From positions 1 through 64,000 of the forward strand of contig CAYOYV010000005.1 in the NCBI GenBank assembly GCA_964408285.1: 64,000 nucleotides of DNA, in the 5' to 3' direction. Both the position numbers and the translations under genes were made by a program. Each line of letters opens with the position of its first letter. Positions within the stretch are counted from its first letter, which is position 1. Source of the DNA: an uncultured Nitrososphaerota archaeon (GTDB taxonomy: Archaea; Thermoproteota; EX4484-205; JAAOZO01). The notes below the pieces were generated by a model that saw nothing but the letters and a program-made list of their open reading frames with translations, did no database searches and was not told the origin of the DNA. Shown here piece by piece: positions 17,970 through 27,826 of the stretch.

Positions 17970-19672
17970 TTCTTCATTCCCCTTCTTGTTGCGAAATAGG
18001 CCAAGAGGGAAACCACAATCAGTACTGGAATCGCAATCAAGGCATTGAATCCAGTGCTTTTTTCTTCGCTATATGAGAATAGGCCGTAACTACCGCTTGT
18101 CTCGATCAGGGTTGCAATCACGTGGGAACTCTCGTTGATCTCTAGCTTTGAAGGCTTCCGCCATATGGCATTGTCGGTGGTGAAGAGAATCGCCAACTTG
18201 TCCGAAGTTATGCCGCCGGGTATATCTCTATAGCTCAGATTGAGAAGTAGGTATGATCCTTCCGTGACATTGACGAATATCCCCTTTCCAAGATAGGTGT
18301 AGTTCTGGGGGAATTGAATGTCAAAAACCGGTCTGCTCGCGGCAAAAGCCCCGAGGAAGCGGAAATCGAATATCTGGTTGTCCAGCAGCAGATTCGTTGC
18401 ATAGTTGTAATATTTCGAGGAACTCCTGATATACCACGATTCTGCATTGTCAATGGAAACACCCCTTATTATATTGTATTCGGACTGGTACAGATAGATT
18501 CCCGTGGATGTCATGTTTACCCTGTTGTTCTGAAGGATGTTGTAGTTCGACTTGTCTAGGACGATGCCGTTGTCTGAACTCGCGATGCTGTTGCCTTCGA
18601 TTGTGACGTTGTTTGACTTGTATAGGCTTAATGCGTGCGCTGCATTACCTACAAGGCTATTTCCCGAAATGCTATCGTTGTAGCCCTTGTCTATCATCAT
18701 GCCGATCTTATTCCGAACTATTGAGTTAAGAGAACAGGTATTGCTGATAGTATCCATGCACCATATTCCTATTGTCCCATCCTCCACTGAGTTCCGGGTG
18801 ACGATATTGCCTCTGCAGTTGGTCAGGCTTATTCCGAACATCGAGCGGTATATCCAGTTATCAGTTGCAAGGTTCGAATGTGCTGCGTCAATCACTATTC
18901 CATATTGACTGGAGGCGATCGTATTTTTCACAATCGAGGCGTCCGTCGAGAATCCGGTGAGATAGATTCCCGTGTCATCATCAACTAGCTCGTTGTCGGT
19001 GATTGACGCATACTTGGATCTGTACAGGTATATTCCATATTCATCTGCAGTGAGGTTATTACTTCGTATGATGTTGTTCTCGCCTGAGTTGATCAATATC
19101 CCGTACTTATTCGAACTCACGAGGTTCTGTTCGAAGACATTCGCTGAAGAAGCATTGAATGAAATGCCAAAGACATTCCGGGCTACTATGTTGCCTCTAA
19201 TCGTGTTCCCTGAACTTCTGTCCGATTGAATCCCGAAGTAGCCATTCGTTATCGTGTTGTTCAGAACCTCATTTGAAGTAGAATCAGGCAGTATCTTGAG
19301 GACCGCGACGAAAAGCACTCCTCCCGAGCGCAAGTTGAATCCCTTTACAACGGTTTCTCTGCTCGATATCGAGACAGTTGGCTCGAGGTCATTAGAGCCA
19401 ATCACGGTCACATTTCCTCTTGCGACCAGTGTCAGCCTCTTGTTCAATATCAGATTCTCTTCGTATATTCCCTGGTGCACTATTATCTGGTCGCGATCGT
19501 CAGCGATCTCTATTGCGTACGTTATTTTTGTTATTGCATAGCCACCTCCGACGTGTATAATAGCCGAAGGATTCGATCCGAATGTAGGAGGCGCAATCAG
19601 AGAAATGATCAGGAGACATGCAATCAGGAGAGATCTTTCTTCCTTCAACTCCCGAGAATTTCCTAATCGCAT
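17966..19672 (-). CDS. Secreted NosD/CASH parallel beta-helix protein with C-terminal membrane anchor
   Basis: Signal-like LLIACLLIISLIA, I..AI..A...D.I.V..G.Y.E, about 13 repeats of the N.I..N..GI type, C-terminal TM helix plus RRGMKK. Start probably the ATG at 19672 (track start 19735). Confidence 0.82.
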   Translation of the reverse strand: MRLGNSRELKEERSLLIACLLIISLIAPPTFGSNPSAIIHVGGGYAITKITYAIEIADDRDQIIVHQGIYEENLILNKRLTLVARGNVTVIGSNDLEPTVSISSRETVVKGFNLRSGGVLFVAVLKILPDSTSNEVLNNTITNGYFGIQSDRSSGNTIRGNIVARNVFGISFNASSANVFEQNLVSSNKYGILINSGENNIIRSNNLTADEYGIYLYRSKYASITDNELVDDDTGIYLTGFSTDASIVKNTIASSQYGIVIDAAHSNLATDNWIYRSMFGISLTNCRGNIVTRNSVEDGTIGIWCMDTISNTCSLNSIVRNKIGMMIDKGYNDSISGNSLVGNAAHALSLYKSNNVTIEGNSIASSDNGIVLDKSNYNILQNNRVNMTSTGIYLYQSEYNIIRGVSIDNAESWYIRSSSKYYNYATNLLLDNQIFDFRFLGAFAASRPVFDIQFPQNYTYLGKGIFVNVTEGSYLLLNLSYRDIPGGITSDKLAILFTTDNAIWRKPSKLEINESSHVIATLIETSGSYGLFSYSEEKSTGFNALIAIPVLIVVSLLAYFATRRGMKK

Positions 19673-19742
19673 ATGAGCGGACTCACCCTGGTCACATCCG
19701 AGCACATCCAAACTCGCAGGGCTCCTATCCCCCACCAGCTTC

Positions 19743-20723
19743 TCAGAGGAATTTCTCTGAATAGTGACAGGCAGAAAGATGACCCGCCCTGATCTCTCTA
19801 AGCTCTGGTTCTTCCTTAGTGCATAGTTCGGTGGCGTATGGGCATCTCGGATGGAATCTGCACCCGATCGGGGGATTGATCAGATCGGGGGGTTCTCCTG
19901 GAGGTATCTCTTTGAATCTCCCCCTGTTATCCGGATCTGGATCTGGGATTGCTTTTAACAGAGCTTGATTATATGGGTGAAGGGGATGAAGAATGATCTC
20001 GTCGGACTCCGCCATTTCGACGATTTTGCCTGCGTACATGATTGCGATTCTCTCAGAGAAGTACCTTGTCGTTGCCAAGTCATGGGTAACATACATGAAT
20101 GATATCCCGAACCTCTCCTGCAATTCCTTAAGCAGATAGAGTATGTCTATTCTTATGCAAGCATCGAGCATGCTCACCGGTTCATCAGCCACTATGAATT
20201 TTGGCCTAAGTACCAGGGCCCTTGCGACTGCAACTCTCTGCCTTTGTCCCCCGCTTAGCATATGGGGATACTTCGATGCCATGAGCTCAACAGGTGTTAG
20301 CTTAACATTTCTCAGGACATCATGAATGATTTGCTTTCTTTCCCGTTCATCGCCTATCTTATGAATCAAAAGTGGCTCCTCAAGAATCCGATAGATTGTA
20401 AAGAAAGGAGCTAGACTGCTGAATGGATCCTGATAGATTATCTGAGCATGTCTGCGATAAGCCAAGAGCTCCTTTGCCTCGACATGGGTTATGTCAGTCC
20501 CATTGAAGGTAAGCTTGCCGCCTGTGGGCCGGTATAGCCTGACCAATGTCTTACCTAGAGTGGTCTTGCCGCTGCCAGATTCCCCAACCACAGCGATCGC
20601 CTGCTTTTCCCTTATTCCAAGGCTAATGCCGTCGACGGCCTTGATATAGACTGATTTGGAGAAGACTCCTCTCCTTACGTCAAACCATGTTCGAAGATTT
20701 TCGGTCCTGACTAAGTAATTCAT
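19743..20723 (-). CDS. oppF: Oligopeptide ABC transporter ATPase (OppF/DppF)
   Basis: GESGSGKT, YPHMLSGGQRQR, ADEPVSMLD, HPY, GCRFHPRCP..C...C C-terminal domain. Confidence 0.92.
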   Translation of the reverse strand: MNYLVRTENLRTWFDVRRGVFSKSVYIKAVDGISLGIREKQAIAVVGESGSGKTTLGKTLVRLYRPTGGKLTFNGTDITHVEAKELLAYRRHAQIIYQDPFSSLAPFFTIYRILEEPLLIHKIGDERERKQIIHDVLRNVKLTPVELMASKYPHMLSGGQRQRVAVARALVLRPKFIVADEPVSMLDACIRIDILYLLKELQERFGISFMYVTHDLATTRYFSERIAIMYAGKIVEMAESDEIILHPLHPYNQALLKAIPDPDPDNRGRFKEIPPGEPPDLINPPIGCRFHPRCPYATELCTKEEPELREIRAGHLSACHYSEKFL

Positions 20724-20733
20724 GTCTCTTTCA

Positions 20734-21702
20734 CTAGTACAACCAACATGCTACCTTTGTTCCCTCCTCGATCTGCTTGTATGGTGGTTCCTTCGTCCTG
20801 CAAATGTCCATCACGTACGGGCATCTCGGGTGGAATCTGCACGCCTTCGGTGGGAATACGAGGTCCGGTGGTTCTCCAGCGATACAGGTCAGGGTCTTCT
20901 TTGTACCTAGGGTGGGCACGCTCTGCAACAGCCCTTGTGAGTATGGATGCTTTGGATTCCTATAGAAGACCTCAGCCGGCGATGTCTCAACAATCTTCCC
21001 AGCATACATGACAGCCGCGGAATCCGCCAATTCGCTGGTCAGCGCTAAGTCGTGTGTGATGAATATGAAGCTCAGTTTCATATCCTTCTTGAGGATCTTG
21101 AGGAGATTGATTATGTTTGCCTGGGTAAGAACATCAAGAGCCGAAGTCGGTTCATCAAGTATTACTATCTTGGGTCTGAGAGTCAGGGCCATTGCTATGA
21201 CTACCCTCTGCTTCATTCCCCCACTCAACTGGTGTGGATATCTATTCACATAAGAGGAATGGATTCCTACCATCTTGAGCGCCTCTGAGGATTTCTGAAG
21301 GGCTTCTTCTTGCTTCATCTGCTGATGGACAATAAGTGGCTCGGACATCTGAAAGCCAATGCTCAATACCGGGTTCAGTGAGTTCATGGCGCCCTGGAAG
21401 ACCATGGATATGAGTTGCCATCTCACTTTCTTCCTGTATTCTTCGTCATCATATTTCATAATGTCCTGTCCGTCCTGGAAGACCTCGCCTTGGTATCTCT
21501 CCACATTCTTAGGCAGAATCCTGAACACAGCATTTGCAAACGAGCTTTTCCCGCACCCTGATTCCCCAACGACCGCTACTGTTTCGCCCTCTTTCAAGTC
21601 GAAAGAAATCTGATCGACTGCCCTAACTACTCCCCTTGTTGTCCTATAGTGCAGGACGAGGTCCCTTGCTGCCAATACGCCGTCGGAGAGACTCGGTGTC
21701 AC
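20734..21702 (-). CDS. oppD: Oligopeptide ABC transporter ATPase (OppD/DppD)
   Basis: GESGCGKS, FQGAMNSLNPV, YPHQLSGGMKQR, DEPTSALD, CRFHPRCP. Confidence 0.92.
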   Translation of the reverse strand: MTPSLSDGVLAARDLVLHYRTTRGVVRAVDQISFDLKEGETVAVVGESGCGKSSFANAVFRILPKNVERYQGEVFQDGQDIMKYDDEEYRKKVRWQLISMVFQGAMNSLNPVLSIGFQMSEPLIVHQQMKQEEALQKSSEALKMVGIHSSYVNRYPHQLSGGMKQRVVIAMALTLRPKIVILDEPTSALDVLTQANIINLLKILKKDMKLSFIFITHDLALTSELADSAAVMYAGKIVETSPAEVFYRNPKHPYSQGLLQSVPTLGTKKTLTCIAGEPPDLVFPPKACRFHPRCPYVMDICRTKEPPYKQIEEGTKVACWLY

Positions 21703-23138
21703 TGTTCTTTCAACCTCGGATTAACCATCTTCTCGAGCGAGTAGCCAATGGATGCAAATGCAATAGCGATTCCTATGATCATGGCAATCGGCATGGCTAA
21801 CCACCACCAATACCCTTGGTAGGCTGCTCCCGTGGAGTAAGCCTCGCTTATGGACTTGCCCCAGGTCGGCAGAGTTGGATCTCCGAGTCCGAGTACAGCC
21901 AAAGCTGACTCCAGGAATATGAATCCGGGAATCGCCCCTATCAGACCAGGTACGACCAGAGGAAGGATTCTGGGCCAAAGGTACATGAATACTATCCTGA
22001 GATCGCTTGCCCCGTATGAGGTTGCCGCCTCGACATATGTTTCCTCTTTTATTTGGAGGATCTGGCTCCTCGTGCCTTTCATCCCTCCCCCAAATAGGCT
22101 AAGCAGCACGACCGAAATCAAAAGATTCCATATGGAAAGCTTGTAGAACATCGACACTATGATGAGGATGTTAAGGAACGGAACAACCATATATATCTCT
22201 GCGATTCTCTGGATAATCGAATCAAGGGTGCCGCCCTTCCAAGCTCCCGCTATTGCGACAAAGCTCTGGAGAAACGTAATCAGGAAGGACGCTGTGAATC
22301 CAAAAGCAATAGCGATTGGATCTCCCCATAGGAGGCTGATCATAAGGTCCCTGCGGTAACTGTCTGTCCCGGCAAGCCCGAACACCTTACCATAGACGAC
22401 AAGTTTCACGTCGGCTACTCCGTTCATGTCCTGCATCAATAAGCTGACTCTAAGTCCATATCTTCCCTTGAGGAGTTTGGCGGTCCTTGAATACGACATG
22501 CCGCGATCCGCGACCGCGAATAGGGCAACATGGGCGTCAGTATAATTTGCCTCCTCTCCGGTCCAGGATCTGACGGCGTTCGCTATTACCTTGACTATCT
22601 TCGTATCTAGGGAGATATAGAAAGTGACATCCGATGACGTAATCGTTGAGCTTATCAAATGAATTTCCTTTCCGTCTGGTCTAGAGAAGTACGCGTTCAG
22701 CAGCGGGAATCCGCCCGTGAAATTCGAGAATACTCTAAGAGTAATCTCACTGGGAAAGTCATCGTAAGAGAAGAAGAAGCTCTCCTGGATGTTAATCTCC
22801 TTGAAACCGAATCCTCCTATGATATTGTCCTGCTTGTAGACTCTTGGGTCCCCTTTGTCTCTGCTGTCGATTATTATTGTATCAGGCAGATTCCTGCCAG
22901 TAAGCAGATTCACCCACGTTGGTTGAGCCAACCTCGGATTATCTCTCCAGTGATTTGGGTCAATCCAGTGGCTCGTTACATAGTCATATGGATAAGCAAT
23001 TGGGGTCACTAGTGCGACTAGAAAGTAGAAGGCCAAGATGATCATCCCGATACGCGACGATTTGCCTTCCCATAGGGCTCCCAAGAGCCCTCTTGCTCTG
23101 GACCAATCAAAGGAGCTCATATTTCTCTTCCATCTCAT
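21699..23138 (-). CDS. oppC: Oligopeptide ABC permease OppC with large extracellular insertion
   Basis: W..NP.LA.P.W, GLAGTD..RRDL, EETYVEAA..YGAS (EAA loop), LGLGDP..PTWG. Confidence 0.88.
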   Translation of the reverse strand: MRWKRNMSSFDWSRARGLLGALWEGKSSRIGMIILAFYFLVALVTPIAYPYDYVTSHWIDPNHWRDNPRLAQPTWVNLLTGRNLPDTIIIDSRDKGDPRVYKQDNIIGGFGFKEINIQESFFFSYDDFPSEITLRVFSNFTGGFPLLNAYFSRPDGKEIHLISSTITSSDVTFYISLDTKIVKVIANAVRSWTGEEANYTDAHVALFAVADRGMSYSRTAKLLKGRYGLRVSLLMQDMNGVADVKLVVYGKVFGLAGTDSYRRDLMISLLWGDPIAIAFGFTASFLITFLQSFVAIAGAWKGGTLDSIIQRIAEIYMVVPFLNILIIVSMFYKLSIWNLLISVVLLSLFGGGMKGTRSQILQIKEETYVEAATSYGASDLRIVFMYLWPRILPLVVPGLIGAIPGFIFLESALAVLGLGDPTLPTWGKSISEAYSTGAAYQGYWWWLAMPIAMIIGIAIAFASIGYSLEKMVNPRLKEQ

Positions 23139-24184
23139 GACACTTTGATTCTTGGATCTATGTAGCTATACATAACATCGAGCACCAGTACGGTGATTGC
23201 CAAGAGATACGCGTATATGACAGTGGTTGCCAGTATCACTGGCGTGTCCATATTAGCTATGGCCCTAGCGGTCAGCGTCCCGAGTCCAGGCCAAGAAAAC
23301 ACAGTCTCGGTGATTATGGCCCCGCCCCATGATCCAATGAGCCCGAGAGCCAGACCAGTAACTATTGGGGGCAAAGTTGGCCTGAAGACATATCTGTAGA
23401 GCAGATCCTTTTCTGGTACGCCCTTGGCCTTGCCCATCGTGACATAGTCCTCCGAACTGAACAAAAGGAAGAATGTCCTGCTTCCGTAGATGCTCCCGAA
23501 GAAGCCTGCCGTGATCCAAGCACCCATCGGTAGGATCATATGCCTGAGAACACTCAGGCCATAGCTCAATGGATCCTCGGGAGGAGGCACATCAACCATC
23601 CCTCCATAAGGAAGCATCCCAAGCGCGGACGCAAAAATCATTATGAAGATTATGCCGTATAGCCACCCTGGCACCACGGATGTTGGGGCAAGCGAAACGA
23701 CGAGCCTGTCCAGCCGGCTACCCCTCCTAGTCGAAAGATAAAGGCCAAGGCTGGTATAGAGTAGGAACTGAACTATGTTGAGAGTCGTGAAAAGAAGGAC
23801 AGATGGTGGAAGCCTTTCCCATATGATCAGCCTGACCTCCTTTGACCCACTATTGCTTGTAATTGTCAATGCCTTCCCAAGATCGAATGTCATGGCGCCT
23901 TTGAGGTAGATGAGGCTCTTGATGAGGAATGGCTGATCCAGGCCCAGTTCCTTCACCCTGACTTGGTATAGTCCCTCGATGAGCCTCTCCTGCTCTTCAG
24001 GTGTAAGCGCTCTGTATGCAGGATTCCTCTTTATCATTATCGCGAGGTCTTCTCTTAGCTGGGACCTAATGACTTCGTCAACATAGCCACCCATATTGAC
24101 GATGACTATCGTGAGGTAAGTTGCGATCACTATTGTCAGGAAGAGCGCCAAGCCGCGCTTGGACAGGTAGCTGAGAGCCCCCAT
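23135..24184 (-). CDS. oppB: Oligopeptide ABC permease OppB
   Basis: LGLDQPF, FDLG, ERLP.S.LL, EDYV..GKAKG, IITETVFSWPGLG. Confidence 0.9.
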   Translation of the reverse strand: MGALSYLSKRGLALFLTIVIATYLTIVIVNMGGYVDEVIRSQLREDLAIMIKRNPAYRALTPEEQERLIEGLYQVRVKELGLDQPFLIKSLIYLKGAMTFDLGKALTITSNSGSKEVRLIIWERLPPSVLLFTTLNIVQFLLYTSLGLYLSTRRGSRLDRLVVSLAPTSVVPGWLYGIIFIMIFASALGMLPYGGMVDVPPPEDPLSYGLSVLRHMILPMGAWITAGFFGSIYGSRTFFLLFSSEDYVTMGKAKGVPEKDLLYRYVFRPTLPPIVTGLALGLIGSWGGAIITETVFSWPGLGTLTARAIANMDTPVILATTVIYAYLLAITVLVLDVMYSYIDPRIKVS

Positions 24185-24210
24185 TTTTCGAGTTCGCGCA
24201 AGTCCTATCG

Positions 24211-24292
24211 CTTATAAATATTTTCACCTGACAAAGCCGTCACGATGCCGACTCTTATAAGGGAAATCAAACCCCGCATGAAAGCTTATATA
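24211..24292. promoter_or_regulatory. Back-to-back BRE/TATA promoters for oppB (-) and oppA (+)
   Basis: Minus strand GAAAATATTTATAAG at 24225-24211, about 27 nt before the oppB ATG. Plus strand GAAAGCTTATATA at 24280-24292, about 28 nt before the oppA GTG. Confidence 0.6.
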
Positions 24293-24320
24293 GACATATT
24301 CCGCGGATAAGATTTCTGGT

Positions 24321-26936
24321 GTGAAAAAATTGAAAAAACAAAATGTCTACTTAGGCACTGCGCTGATTCTTATGCTAATTCTGACAGCATTCGCCCCTGG
24401 ACTGCTAACGACAGCCCAACCCAATGGACCCTGGCCAGATGAAATCGCCTTCTTCGAGGAATCTGATGAGAACAAGGCCGTGGACATGTTGGCAACGGGA
24501 GCCGCGGACATATATCTGTGGGGGACTAGCACTGCCGCAGTGTTTCAGAAGATCAGAACCTCTCCCGCCATCAAATATGGCGTAGCTTATGGTATGTTCA
24601 ATGAACTAAGCATCAATCCCGCCGAATTCAAGACTGGTTGGAACCCGTTCACCAATCCTCGTATGAGGGAGGCCATCAACTACATCATCGATAGAAACTA
24701 CATCGCCAACGACATCTTTGCCGGGCTGGCTATCCCCAAATGGGTTTCCATCGTCTCGGCATTCCCCGACTACGGGAAGCTAGCCGATGTGATAAAGCCC
24801 ATGGAGTTCCAATACAGATATGATTTCGAGAAGGGCAAGCAAATCATATATGAGGAGATGGCGAAGATGGGCGCGACTCTCGTTGATGGCAAGTGGAACT
24901 ACAAAGGTAGTCCAGTCGTCCTCAAAGTCCTGATCAGAACCGAAGACCAGAGAAAGGATATCGGAATATACACTGCTAATCAGCTCGACAAGCTCGGCTT
25001 CACAACAGACAGAATGCTAAGACGAAGAACGGAGGCTTCGCCCATATGGAACACCGGAGATCCAACTCTCGGTCAGTGGAACATCTACACCGGAGGATGG
25101 ATTGCAGGGATAATAAGCTTGGACGACAGCGGTGATCCGGGATACTTCTACACTCCTCTAGGTGGTGGCGCGGGCGCCGGTGGCTTCCTCTCGTGGGCAA
25201 AGCCTGATCCAATATTCTACGAGATTGCCACAAAACTGTGGAGAAGCGAATACAAGGATGACGCAGAGAGGATTGCTCTAATGGGCAAAGCACTTCCTTA
25301 TGAGCTCAAGGACTCGACGAGGGTGTGGGTGGTTGACCAGATATCGGCCTTCCCAGCCAGATCCAACGTCGAGGTCGCGGTGGACTTCGGAGCTGGAACT
25401 AACAATCGCATCTGGACCAGAACTATCAAGTTGGGGGGAGCGGCAGGAGGAACTGTGAAGGCGGCGAGCATGGGTGTTTTCGTGGATCCCTGGAACCCAG
25501 TCGCCGGAAGCAACTGGCTCTACGACGCATACATCCAACATGGAATCGATGATACGGCCCTGCTGATCAGTCCATACACGGGCAAATACATGATGAACAG
25601 AGTGGTAAATTATACTGTCACAGTTGACGATAGGGGCATGAAGGTCCCGACCGATGTCATCACCTATAAGTGGGACTTTGCCACGAACTCACCGGTGTTT
25701 GCCAAGGATCTAGTCGCGACCACAAAAGTGACCGCTACCTATGACACAAACTGGGGCAAGTATCATGACGGAACAAGCGTGACGCTCGCAGACTTCTTCG
25801 GAATACCCGCACTTGCTCACGAAAGGGCCAATCCCGCAAGTCCTCTGTACGACGAGGCTTCACTTCCGGGCTACCAGTCGACGAAGGCTTGGTACGCAGG
25901 CTGGAGGATTGTCAGCACAAATCCATTGAAGTATGAATGGTACGGAAATCAGTCGAATCCGGTGGAGCCCAGCTGGACAGCTGCATCATACATAGGCTGG
26001 CCAAACATGCCATGGACCGTGCTTGCAGTAGCTAGACTGGCTGAACAAAACGGAGAGCTGGCCTTCTCATCACCAAAGTCGGCAAGGACGAAGCTGGACT
26101 GGATGAACCTCATTGGAGGACCAAGTCTACCCATCCTCGCGAAATGGCTTGACTGGGCAATAACCAATAAGTACATCCCTGAAGACCTGAAGAACCTGGC
26201 CGCCAAGTATAATGTTCAGATAACGCCAGACGAGGCAGTTGCCAAGTATCAGGCCCTGAAGAAGTTCTATCAAACCTACGGACACTTCTGGGTAGCATCG
26301 GGACCGTTCTTCCTATACAAGGCCGACTTCACGGCCCATCAGGCAGTCGAAAGAGCATTCAGGGATTATCCATACAAGGCCGACAGATGGGCATTCCTTG
26401 CGACCCCACCTGTCCCAGAACTGGGAATCAAGGTCCCAACGCAAGTTGTTCCCGGACTAGAGACGAAGATCAATGTCACTGTGAGTTACAAAGGCCAGCC
26501 ATATGCAAAGGAAAAGGTTCAGTTCGTGAAGTATCTTGTGACTGATCCCTTCGGAAACAATGTGGGCAAAGGTGAAGCGGCATTTGGAAGTCCTGGAACC
26601 TATGTCGTGACCCTTAGCGCACAGACCACAGGCTCTTTCACCCCTGGCGCATACAGCATCCTTGCGATCGCCACAAGCACAGATGTAGCAGTTCCAGCAA
26701 CGATGACATCTCCATTCACCGTAATACCCGCTCTGGTATACTTCACCACCATGACCAACGCACTACAGGCTCAGCTTTTGGGTAGGATCCAAACAATAGA
26801 ATCGTCGACGACAACTCTGCAGGCCAGCATAGATAGCTTGAAGTCATCGCTGAACATGGCCTACGCAGTAGCAGGTCTTGCCCTGGTTGTAGCCCTAGCC
26901 GCAGTGTTCCTAAGCTTGAGAAAGCCAAAGGCCTAA
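24321..26936 (+). CDS. oppA: Large archaeal peptide ABC substrate-binding protein (family 5) with C-terminal Ig-like domain, coiled coil and TM anchor
   Basis: Signal peptide; NPF...RMREAINY.IDR.YIA..IF.G.A, W.IYTGGW, PWNPV.G.NW.YD, WHDG-like YHDG, GH..V..GPF.L; C-terminal hydrophobic helix plus basic tail. Confidence 0.9.
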   Translation: MKKLKKQNVYLGTALILMLILTAFAPGLLTTAQPNGPWPDEIAFFEESDENKAVDMLATGAADIYLWGTSTAAVFQKIRTSPAIKYGVAYGMFNELSINPAEFKTGWNPFTNPRMREAINYIIDRNYIANDIFAGLAIPKWVSIVSAFPDYGKLADVIKPMEFQYRYDFEKGKQIIYEEMAKMGATLVDGKWNYKGSPVVLKVLIRTEDQRKDIGIYTANQLDKLGFTTDRMLRRRTEASPIWNTGDPTLGQWNIYTGGWIAGIISLDDSGDPGYFYTPLGGGAGAGGFLSWAKPDPIFYEIATKLWRSEYKDDAERIALMGKALPYELKDSTRVWVVDQISAFPARSNVEVAVDFGAGTNNRIWTRTIKLGGAAGGTVKAASMGVFVDPWNPVAGSNWLYDAYIQHGIDDTALLISPYTGKYMMNRVVNYTVTVDDRGMKVPTDVITYKWDFATNSPVFAKDLVATTKVTATYDTNWGKYHDGTSVTLADFFGIPALAHERANPASPLYDEASLPGYQSTKAWYAGWRIVSTNPLKYEWYGNQSNPVEPSWTAASYIGWPNMPWTVLAVARLAEQNGELAFSSPKSARTKLDWMNLIGGPSLPILAKWLDWAITNKYIPEDLKNLAAKYNVQITPDEAVAKYQALKKFYQTYGHFWVASGPFFLYKADFTAHQAVERAFRDYPYKADRWAFLATPPVPELGIKVPTQVVPGLETKINVTVSYKGQPYAKEKVQFVKYLVTDPFGNNVGKGEAAFGSPGTYVVTLSAQTTGSFTPGAYSILAIATSTDVAVPATMTSPFTVIPALVYFTTMTNALQAQLLGRIQTIESSTTTLQASIDSLKSSLNMAYAVAGLALVVALAAVFLSLRKPKA

Positions 26937-26975
26937 AGGCCCTCTTTCTCTTTTTATTTTTTTGTTTTTTTGCTC
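26937..26975 (+). terminator. Oligo-T archaeal terminator after oppA
   Basis: AGGCCCTCTTTCTCTTTTTATTTTTTTGTTTTTTTGCTC directly after the stop codon. Confidence 0.75.
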
Positions 26976-27111
26976 ATCATTTCCTTGGGACATACGGGTG
27001 TCTTTTCTTCCAGCGGCCATTATTGTGGCATAAATGCATCAGTGGCTCGCTCGGTGACCTGTTCTTTGAGCGCAATATTATTAATTTACCCTGACCGCAC
27101 ATTGGCAGTAT

Positions 27112-27786
27112 ATGTACAAAGAGCTTCCCGATAGATTCATCGAGTGGGCTTATTTCCAAAGGACTGGTTTCGTCAAGTCTATCATGAATTCCGCCGGGAA
27201 GGATTCAGCCAAATTCCTCATAGAGTCGACAAGGCACAATCCAACGTTATGCACTGGCAGGATTGAGGGAAATAGGTTGATATTGAACGCCAAGGTGGTT
27301 GGTTCAGGCTTTGTGCCCAAGCGAGAATTCATTCAACCTGCAATCCAAGACCTGAAGGCTCATGTCGAGACATCCGATCACGCTTCCGATAGCGAGTATT
27401 CCGAACATGGAGTCCGATTGCTTCTCAAGCATTTGTATCACGAGGACAGGGCCGAAGCTCGAAGGAGAATGGACTTTTCGAAGCTTTCAACCCTCGAAAT
27501 GGCAGCAGGGATAGGCAGATCATCAAAACACACTTGGCTGAACGTTCAGAGTTCGAGTACAGCGGTCCTCACTTACTACATGCCTCCCAACATCAGCTTC
27601 GAGGTAAGGGGCCAACTCGATGTTCACACCGCCGGAACATATCATGAGTTCGCGAATTTAGTTCATGACACTTTCCATCGGGCTCCGGCAACTTCGAGAA
27701 CATACAAGCCCTGCTACATCGTCAACGTTGAGGAGGTCTACGACAACAGTGTCACAAATAACGGCTTTGGCGTGCGTCTTGTTTGA
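27112..27786 (+). CDS. Uncharacterised split-barrel (pyridoxamine-phosphate-oxidase-like) protein
   Basis: LP..FIEWAY, HNP.LC, NAKV.G.GF.PK, KHTW.N, PP.ISFEVRG, H..FH, VEEVYDNS. Family recognised by eye only. Confidence 0.55.
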   Translation: MYKELPDRFIEWAYFQRTGFVKSIMNSAGKDSAKFLIESTRHNPTLCTGRIEGNRLILNAKVVGSGFVPKREFIQPAIQDLKAHVETSDHASDSEYSEHGVRLLLKHLYHEDRAEARRRMDFSKLSTLEMAAGIGRSSKHTWLNVQSSSTAVLTYYMPPNISFEVRGQLDVHTAGTYHEFANLVHDTFHRAPATSRTYKPCYIVNVEEVYDNSVTNNGFGVRLV

Positions 27787-27826
27787 TCAGTGAAGTAGAG
27801 TTCCCCGAATGGACCGCGGCTCCGGA

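Noticed and set aside
17966-19672. NosD-like gene as evidence for nitrous-oxide reduction
   Set aside because: No nosZ, nosF or nosY nearby; generic CASH beta-helix surface proteins are common in archaea.
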